A stretch of DNA of 64,000 nucleotides from the human T2T-CHM13v2.0 reference genome, Homo sapiens: NCBI RefSeq assembly GCF_009914755.1, contig NC_060931.1; one strand, given 5' to 3'. Each line of letters opens with the position of its first letter. Position 1 is the first letter of the stretch. The translations under genes and the position numbers were made by a program. Below the pieces are notes generated by a model. That model was not told the DNA's origin. It ran no database searches and was given only the letters and a program-made list of their open reading frames with translations. Shown in pieces: positions 47,995 through 64,000 of the stretch.

Positions 47995-50900
47995 TGCCAC
48001 AGGAATTCACCAACTGTTTATTCATGGGGATGGGATTTATCTTAAATGTTTTTTCTGTATGGACCTTATTTAATTTTCCCAGTAATGTTGGCACTATTAT
48101 TTCTATTTTTACAGATGGGGAAACGGAAGTTTAGAGAAGTTAAGCAACTAGCACAGGGTCACAGGGCTAGTGAAGCTCCAGAAGTGGAGGTGACCCAGAC
48201 ACGGCCCTCACGCCAGTTTAAGTAGCAGCTGGAGAGACCTGCTGGATTGTTGGCCTTTGAAAGGGAACATTGAAAGTTGCTTGCATTTGATGATGATTGG
48301 GTTACATTTACTTGAATTGTGTAACTTTTAAGTTGCAAATTAATGCTAAAAGTGTATTAGGGTAGCCTTAGGCTGTGGGACTAATTGAGAAACGAAGTAC
48401 AATGGAAGTGCTGCAAGCAAATGGATTTTCCTGCTTAGAGCAGGTATTTACTATTAATCCTGTGGCATTTGCCTTAAGGAGTTGGAGTCTTTCTTAGCTA
48501 ATTAAAAAGTACCGGTCAGATGTTGAGTGTTGTCAATAATTTAGTGCCTGCATCTTTTTATCCCTGTTGTTTGTTTGGAAACTACAATTTGGAATATTCT
48601 GTGCACATTTAAAAAAATAAATGACTGTCTGTGTGGTAATGTTTTTGCTTAGTAAATGTATGCATTATCATCTTGAGCTTATGAGTTTTCTGTACTTTTC
48701 TTGAAACTTTTATTAGTAGAAAAACTGTCAATCTAACGCGGTGATCTTTCTCTGAAGTCCTCAGCATGCAATTGGGCATAAAAGTTGTGATCCCTGAGCA
48801 CATGTTTTGGGGTTAATCCTATTCATATTTTTGGTTTTCTTCTTCATTCCCAAGATATATAAAAATTAAAAGCATTTGAGATTGCACATTAGTGCATTGG
48901 ATTTTTATCTGGGGTGGTCCCTTCTCTAAGTGGGTAGTGGGAGTGTGGAAGGGTGAAGCAATATCTACTAACCTTATTTGTGATTTGGGAGCTAGATTAT
49001 CCTTTTTCCAAAACATCCTAAGCGAAGACTACCCTGACTGTTTTTACTGAAAGCTCTTCCTGTCATTCTGGGTAGTTTATACTGTTTATTTACCTTGTAT
49101 AAGGAAATTCTTTCTTTACTGTCCCATCTTATCTCAGATCAAAGTTTCCACCCAGGGATCCTACTTAAAAAATATTGTCTGAGACTGCATGTGTTTTCTT
49201 TCTTTTTTTTTCTTTTTTTTTTTTTTTAGCACTCTGAGTTTTTGCTCCATCTGCACTCTCTGGTTTTCCGTCCTTCTATTTATGACAATTGTGTAATGAA
49301 TATTCATAGTTTCCATTATTAATGTAATAGCATGCCATTTGTCAGCTCACTGGCTTTCTCGTATTATATATATATTTTTAAAAATTCTTTTTATTTATTT
49401 TAAAATTTTTGTTGTCTTTGTCTTCCGTAATCTTTTTTCTTTATAGAGTTTGTGATCATGTGTTTTTCCTCTAACCCAGACATATACGTAGGTCTAAAAC
49501 TGCACAGTGCAGGATGTCAAATGGCTTAAAAGGATTTCTGCTGTGACTGAAAGAGTGGATCTGTGCCCTTCTGGGGGTGTAGGCTGACCACATGAATACC
49601 AATAATTAGACATCTTTTATTTTAAGAAATGGGCAGCTGTTTCTTTAGTTGAATTTTGATATCTTTATAGTTACTTTGCTTTCTTTAAAGGGCTTTTCTC
49701 TGTATATATGCATCTCTTTGGCAGGGTTGATGGCAGACTGGGATACTGGCATGGCAATAGTGGGAAAGAAGGAAGGAAAAAAAGCACAACTGAAAAGGAA
49801 AACCTGAAGTGTTCTGAATATTAGATTTTAAGGTATTAGTTGTTTTTTTAAGTTTTCTTTTTCAATTTATTAAAAAGTAGAATATGTAAGTATTGTGAAT
49901 ATCAGGTTTTTTTTCAGTGATTTTAAGGTAAAATTTTCACCGTCTCACACTTGATCAGAAAGTCTAGCAATTAACTTTCCCCTTGAGCATCCTGAGCCAT
50001 CCCTCAGAGGTTTGATTAGGATGGCAGTTACAGTGGTGATAATGCCTTCCTGGAGTTTTCAAGCCTTTTATTTAAATCAGTGCTTATTATCTCTCACTGT
50101 TGTTTTAAAACACAGCTCCTGAACCTGAAAGTCCAGTGAAGATTTCATCTGGAAGGTTGGGTTACTGGGTGTGTGGGATTAGAGGCACAGACTGCTGTCT
50201 TCCTCTTTGTCATCATCAGAAGCCCTGAAACCCCTTTTCATGCTTGCTAAGATTAGGCAGGAGTGTCATTGCATATTTATAATACATATTTTGTAGGGCT
50301 TCATAGTTTACAAAACAATTTCATATGATATTTCAGTGAATTTTTGCAACAAAACAGCCCTGTGAAGGAGTGGACATGTAGTTTCATCTCTGTTTTGTAG
50401 AGGTGGAAATTGTACTCAGGGAAGGTAAGTGCTGTTCCCCAGGCCACAGTCTTCTGTTCTCACAGTGGAGCTTTGTCTGGGACCCAGGTTTCCTGCCCTC
50501 TCACCCTCACCCCCTTATTCTGCTTCTCCTGAAAAGGTCAGGATTTAAAGACATTGCATTCAGCATCAGATTAGGGGAGGTATGTGACCTAGAAACCCTA
50601 GCAATGTGGATTTCGAAAAGGTAGTTATTTCTTCTATTTCATAACATTAATGACAAATAATGAGTCACTTTCTAATTTTCTATTCAGACAAACGCATTTT
50701 GTTCTCTATATTCTGTGTTTCTGTGTTCTAGATTTATGGACCTGAATGCTTAAGTTTACATAGCAGTGAGAAACATAAATCCTATTTTGTATTCTTTAGG
50801 TACCTCAAGAGCCAACAGCTCAAACTGTGGAGGCAGTACTGGCAGTTTGGCTAAGAGGAAAGAGAGAGAAGTGGCTAGCAACCATCCCCTGAGAATAGGA

Positions 50901-51365
50901 GAAAATGAGATATTTCTGACAGTATTACAAACTGGAGCAGAGGTTTGGTGATAACAGGAAGCTGCTTATGAGAAGGATTTAGCATTAGATATGGATTTGA
51001 AACTCTGCTCCACCACTTAGTAGCTTTGTTACCATGAACAGACAGTTGCTTAATCTCCCTGAGCTTCAGCGTCCTCATCTGCGAGTGAAGGCTGTGAGGC
51101 AGTCTCATATATTATAGGGCGATAAGTCAGGATGCTGGAACCAGCTGCTTGGTGTCATAAACCTGTAGTCAGTCATATCCAGGCTCCAACACTCCTTGGC
51201 TATGTGAAGCTTAACATCTCGATGCCTCAGCTTCCTCATCTCGAACAGGAGGATGCTAATAATACTTAGCTCATAGAGTTGATAGGATCACAACAGTTTC
51301 AAAACGTGTAAAACACTTAAAACGGCGAATGGCTCATAGTAAATTCTCTACTAAAAGTTAATTGT

Positions 51366-51636
51366 GTCTGGGCACAGTGGCTCATAATCTCAGTGCTTCG
51401 GGAGATCAAGGAAGGAGGACTGCTTGAGACAAGCCTGGGCAATATAACAAGACCCCAGTTCTAAAAAATAAAAAAAAACCTGGCCAGGCGTGGTGACACA
51501 TGCCCATTGTCCTAGCTACTCAGAAGGCTGAGGCAGTGGGATGGCTTGAGTCCAGGAGTGCAAGGCCGAAGTGAGCTGCAATGGCTTCACTGCCCTCCAG
51601 CCTGGGCAACATAGCGAGACTCTGTCTTTAAAAAAG
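51366..51636 (+). mobile_element. AluJ-like, diverged, inside MIR sequence
   Basis: Alu consensus with deletions; MIR cores at ~51060 and ~51225. Confidence 0.82.
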
Positions 51637-52866
51637 GTTATTTTTAAGTGGAATAAGTTACGGTAGTACCTGCCATGTACATTAAGCTTTCAGTTGGTTA
51701 GTTTCTTCCTCTCCTATTTAGATGTTTTGAAGTTAAGCCTAATGAAAGCAATTCAAAAACCACTAAAATACATTTATTTTAATATTTGCATCACATTTAA
51801 TTTGTGTAATTATTGATCTCTTATACCTTGGACATTCATTTTTTAAATGTAGTATTTTAAATGTAATATTTTTGCACTATTAATCACTTAAAATATTGTG
51901 TTATATCATGTCTAGGAAATTCATTATAGGCCTTTCTAAGAGAGAAGGCTTTGTGATAAAAGCCAGCTGCCCAGACATTTCCAAACCCTCCTCACCCATC
52001 CCCCAGCATGCTACAGAAGCAGCAGGCTGGCAGAGGTCCAGATTTCCTAAGTGATGGGATTGTTCCCCCGGCCAGGAATGAGAGGAATCTGCCTAGATTG
52101 GAGATGGCTTTAGCTACTTTGCTTTTCTTCGTACTCGTAGTCTTATTCCCAAACTGAATCTGACCCAGCACCATTTTCCATTATTGGAGATGTTTTAACA
52201 CTGTGTGTGGAGGTCTTGCTATTTAAACAATGATTTCTGAATCTACTTTTTAATTCCATGGGAGCTTTTCCATTTTTCTTTGTACTATGGAAGAAGAACT
52301 ATGAGTTAATTTTAATTTATAGTTATACCTCTGCAAATCAATACAATCTTTCTGTGACTTCCACTGGTAGCACCATTCTTGATCTGAGGCGAGTATTGGG
52401 ATTGTGGTTTTACTTTCCCATTTACTTAGAGGCGGGAAGGTTTAGTTATTTGAATGCCTTAGACCAGGAAATTATTGGCTGTTGTCAGTGGAATTTGTTT
52501 ATCTTTTCCACCCCTACATTCCTAGGCTGTGAGAGAACTGGTCATCACTGTGATTGCACCTCAGTTTTTATCAGTTCCTCCCCCAGCGCTATTTTTATTA
52601 AATACTTGATGTTTCTCTCTTCTTTGGGTATAAATTTAGAGACCCTCAGGCAGACATTTCTGAAAGGGCTCTCTTACTCAGCTGTTGTTAAAATGAAGAG
52701 ATCAATACTGCCAAGCACCTCTTTTTGTTTGGCTACCTCCAAAATTCATGTTTTCTGCAGTTATTCTCTAGGATTATCTGTGATTATCTGTAATTTCTAT
52801 AATTTATCTATAGATTATAATCTAAACTGAAGATTGATGCATGTATAATTCTAATGAGCTTCTCGA

Positions 52867-53800
<934 letters not shown>

Positions 53801-54249
53801 TAGCACAGATCTTTACTGTAACTTTTCTTCTTACTATAAAAAGCATTGCGTTATACTGGCAATTATTTTCCCATCAAAGTGGCCTAGAAAAGAGACATGA
53901 ATCTGGCCTCATGTCTTTGCTCATAATTAACACATTTCTAGAGAGATTTCCTTTGTTAGAAAAACTAATTGTGGGATTAATGATCTCAGAACGTGAATTC
54001 AACTGTAGCACCTAAACAGGTGCTACTGAAGTCACCTAAACAGCAGGCTGAATTCTTGACCAATAGTGATAAAAACTGCTTTGTCTTATGGTAGGAGTAG
54101 CAGTCAGGACAAGACTCAGCATTTAGCGAAATCCCTGGAGGGATTCTCCCACATAGGAGCCGTGCAACTCAGTTTTATGCTCCTAAAATCTACTGCAAAG
54201 CTGTGAATGCTTTTTGTTTGTGATTTGCACTTCATTTTTTTCTTCTCAA

Positions 54250-54545
54250 TTATTATTATTTTTTGAGACAGGGTCTTGCTCTACTAGTCCAGAGTACAAG
54301 TGGTGCAATCATGGCTCACTACGGCCTTGACCTCCCAGGGTCAAGTGATCCTCCCACTTCGGCCTCCCAAGTAGTTGGGACCACAGGTGTGTGCCACTAT
54401 GCATGGCAATTTTTATTTTTATTTTTGTAGAGACGGGGTTCTGCTGTGTTGCCCAAGTTGGTCTTGAACTCCTGGACTCAAGTGATCTACCTGCCTTAGC
54501 CTCCCAAAGTGTTGGGATTACAGGCGTGAGCCACCGTGCCTGGCC
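54250..54545 (-). mobile_element. AluJ-like
   Basis: Antisense Alu. Confidence 0.9.
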
Positions 54546-54827
54546 AGAAAGGTGATTTTTTAGGATTCTAGCTTGTTTGCTTTCCTTCCCACCCCAAGAT
54601 AACTTTTGTTATAGCAGCTTGCCTGATTTCTGTTTCATTTTTCACCCTGATTTTTCCAGGACTCCTCAATCACTTCCAAGTGTTAAAGGCCATTACTGAT
54701 TCTTAAATGTAGATGGCTATGGCTGAATTTCAGCCATTGAGGGTCCATATGATCTATTCTGCCACAGTCCTTCTCAAACTTCAGTGTGGATGTGAATCAC
54801 CTGGGGATCTTGTTAAGATGAAATTTG

Positions 54828-55160
54828 GGCCAGGCATAGTGGCTCGTGCCTGTAATTCCAGTGATTGGGGAGGCTGATGTAGGAGGATCAGTAGAGGCCA
54901 GGAGTTTGAGACCAGCCTAGGCAACATAGTGAGATACCTTGTCTCTAAAAATATATATATATTTAAAAAACAACGTAGACAGGCATGGGGTTGCGTGCCT
55001 GTAGTCCCAGTTACTCAGGAGACTCAAGGCGGGAGGATCATTTGAGTCCAGATGTTGCAGGCTGCAGTGAGTTATGATCACACCCACCACTGCACTCCAG
55101 CCTTGGCGACAGAGTGAGACCCTGACCCTTAAGAAGAGAGAGAGACAGAGAGAGAGAGAG
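54828..55160 (+). mobile_element. AluJ-like with (AG)n tail, inserted in a MER5A-like element (~54765-55255)
   Basis: Alu consensus; flanks TTCTCAAACTT...GAATCACCTGGGGATCTTGTTAA and TTTGCATTTT...CAGGTAATGTTGATG are MER5-like. Confidence 0.85.
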
Positions 55161-56029
55161 TGAGACTGATTTGATGCAGTAGGTCTGAGATGAAAGTTTG
55201 CATTTTTCACAGACTCTCAGGTAATGTTGATGACTCTGGTCCAGAGACCACGTAGAGATCTAGTATATGATAGCAAAATGCTGCTGTCTTATACCAGCCT
55301 GCAGCAAAGACATTAAAAAAAATGTAGTGAGGTTTTCCACCAAGCTAAAAGTACTTTTTTGTTTTATATATATTTTTTTAAATTCAGAGATGATTTCATT
55401 ACTGCCTCTTGCTACTACGGCAATTACAAATGATAGTTATTATTAATATTTTTAAATGACCTTTCATGGCAAAATTATACAGCTGCCAACCCTACTTATG
55501 TCTCCAAGTTAATAAAAGAATTTTAGTAGTTCGCAAACTCCTCAAGTCTGATGCCACCCCACCATCTAAATTAGCAGTTTATAGCTTTCCTTCATGGCAT
55601 TTATAGTATTTTGTATTGACATAATTACTTGGACAGTTGTTTAATGTCACTTTCCCCACTGTGCTCTAAGCTCTTGCTCTGTATTTTTAATCACTTTGTC
55701 CCTAGTGTCTCACTAGCACTGGGTCTGGTGTCTGTCTGTCCCTAGTCAATACTTTTAGGATGCCTTTATTCAGTGGGTCTCAGTAGGAGTGGTACTGCCC
55801 TCTAATGGAGTGTTTTGGAAATTGATGGGAACTACTGGTTGTCCCAAATAATGAAGTGTGCTACTGGTGTTTGGTGGGCAGGGGTTAAAGGGTGCCAGAC
55901 ATTCTGTAGTGTACAGAACAGCTAACTAAGTGAATGCTTATTTGATGCCTTTTGCAAAATCTTTGAATGTCCATGTTGGAGATTCAATTGATGAAAAACC
56001 TATTTGTAATTACCTAAACCAAAAACCTA

Positions 56030-56401
<372 letters not shown>

Positions 56402-56452
56402 TTAACATTTAAAGACAACTATATTTATGTATGTCCAGTTTTAATACACATA

Positions 56453-56772
56453 CAGTCATGCATCACTAATGATGGGGGCACATTCTGAGAAATGTGTCAT
56501 GAGGCAGCTTTTTTGTTGTACAGACATCATAGAGTATATTTACACACACCTAGATGGTATAGCCTATTGCACACCTAAGCTATATGGTATAGCCTATTGT
56601 TCCTGGGCTGCCTGTATAGTATGTTACTGTAGGTAGTTGTAACACAATGGTAAGTACTTGTGTATCTAAACATAGGAAAGGTATAGTTAAAATATGATAA
56701 TATAATCTTATGGGACCAGAATTATATATGAAGTTTTTGTTGACTGAAATGTCATTATGCAACACATGACTG
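56453..56772. mobile_element. Tigger3a/MER7-like DNA transposon
   Basis: Terminal inverted repeats CAGTCATG...CATGACTG flanked by TA on both sides. Confidence 0.88.
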
Positions 56773-57150
56773 TATTCTGAAATTTTCAGAAATGCAGCTG
56801 CTGAGTACTTCAAAAGTTGTACTTTGACTTATTAGCAACATTACAAAGTAACGTCTACCATTCTGGCAAATCCCATCCTTAGTAGCAGTGATGTTTGTGG
56901 TATTTGAATTATTATGTATATAACTGCACTAATACACGTTTGTAGGAAATATGATGGTTATGTATATGTGTGTGTGTACATACAAATTTAGCCCTTATTC
57001 TAAATTATCCAATAAAAATTGTTGAGAATATTCAGGTGAATTTTTTTTACTTTTTTAAAATCCAAATTTACCCATTAAAAGTGGTTGCAAGCATCTCACT
57101 ACATCATTAAATCATTTGGTGGTGTTATCTCTGAGTATTTACATCTTGGG

Positions 57151-57152
57151 GT

Positions 57153-57202
<50 letters not shown>
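57151..57202. repeat. (GT)n microsatellite, 22 uninterrupted units
   Basis: Read directly from the sequence. Confidence 0.95.
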
Positions 57203-57204
<2 letters not shown>

Positions 57205-58171
57205 CTAAATCACACATATGAAAGACAATAAAAGTTAATCTCTTTTATTTTCTTTTTATATTACATTTTGGACTTTATGTTGTTTTTCTTTCTCTGCATG
57301 CATACCATCTCTGTATATTACAAACACTTACTATCAAAAGGTGGTGGTACTCTGATAGGATTCAGAACCCCCCTTCTCATGGAAGCAGCATGGAATCAAG
57401 GATTTCTGCCTTCTGGTCTTGGTTTATTTCTCTAAGCTGCTCACATAACTTTTCTGAATTTGTTGGGTGATCTACATTATCACTGATAAGGTAAGTCATG
57501 ATGTGATAAGTCACAGCAGATGTTTCATGAATGACTGGACATGTAGAAAATGCCTTGCTTACATGGTGACTCTTAGCCAGGGCTCCTCAGAAAGGCAGAC
57601 TGTCCACCTGAGACCCACCGTTCTGCTTCACTTGCATTTTCATTTAGGGAGAGCAGACCACCTTGGAGGAAGGGATTTGGCTAATGATAAGGTATGAGGT
57701 AGAGTGGGGAAGTATGGTAGTGGTGGGGTAGTATTAATGAGTGAATAAAAGCAGAGTATGTTTTACCTTTCTGGGAAGCAGTTAAGATCCTTAGACTAGG
57801 GGCCACTATTGTAAGGATTTTTTGACAGTTCCATGTTTATCTGTTTCTTAGTGATTAACAACCAAACCCATGAAGACTTATAGACTGGGGAGACTTTTGT
57901 GTCTTGTTCAGCAGTTGGTTTGGAGTGGACCACAAAGCTCAGAGGCAAAAGAGTAGTGCACAGTGTACACAGTTGGTACTAAGAAAGGCCCTCGGGGACT
58001 GGGTTACGAGGTTTCGCAGCAGAAAGTCCCTTCAAGCACATGATTTTAGTCTGCCTAGATCTGGCTAGAATGTTGCTCATTAATTGGAGCTAGAAAGATA
58101 CAGGAAGCTCAAGGGTAAATGGCACTGGAAAAAGGTCACTGAAGGTGAATCCATTTAAGATGAAGATGAAG

Positions 58172-60334
<2,163 letters not shown>

Positions 60335-60410
60335 AAAATGAAGATCAAAAATTTATGGTTAATATGCATAGAAAGTTTGATTAGAATTGAGTCTTTTTGT
60401 TTCTTTTATG

Positions 60411-64000
<3,590 letters not shown>

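Noticed and set aside
54005-54043. 9-bp hairpin GTAGCACCT/AGGTGCTAC overlapping a CACCTAAACAG direct repeat
   Set aside because: Short enough to be expected by chance or local slippage.

Overview
Human-type (primate) genomic DNA covering the 5' end of CDK14 (PFTK1/PFTAIRE-1; 7q21 from established knowledge) on the + strand. It contains about 22 kb of repeat-rich upstream sequence, a CpG-island promoter (~22.0-23.6 kb), coding exon 1 (22898-22988, MCDLIEPQPAEKIGKMKKLRRTLSESFSRI), a 32-nt coding exon 2 (30491-30522, ALKKDDTTFDE) and the first ~33 kb of a long intron 2. Neither real exon appears in the supplied ORF track, most of which is Alu/L1 translation or chance ORFs. The introns hold a near-consensus AluYa5, an antisense U13 snoRNA retrocopy, a sense-strand TVP23B/C (FAM18B) processed pseudogene with a probable 3'UTR and TSDs, and an antisense L1PA running off the window end. 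About 30 Alus, MaLR/ERV LTRs, DNA transposons and L2/MIR fragments are also present. I see no convincing novel multi-gene system. The best leads are candidate post-transcriptional control elements of CDK14 (uORF plus weak first AUG, a putative poison exon, retrocopy-donated poly(A) signals), a possibly polymorphic AluYa5 and a GGAA microsatellite. Repeat boundaries and subfamily calls are by eye and approximate.
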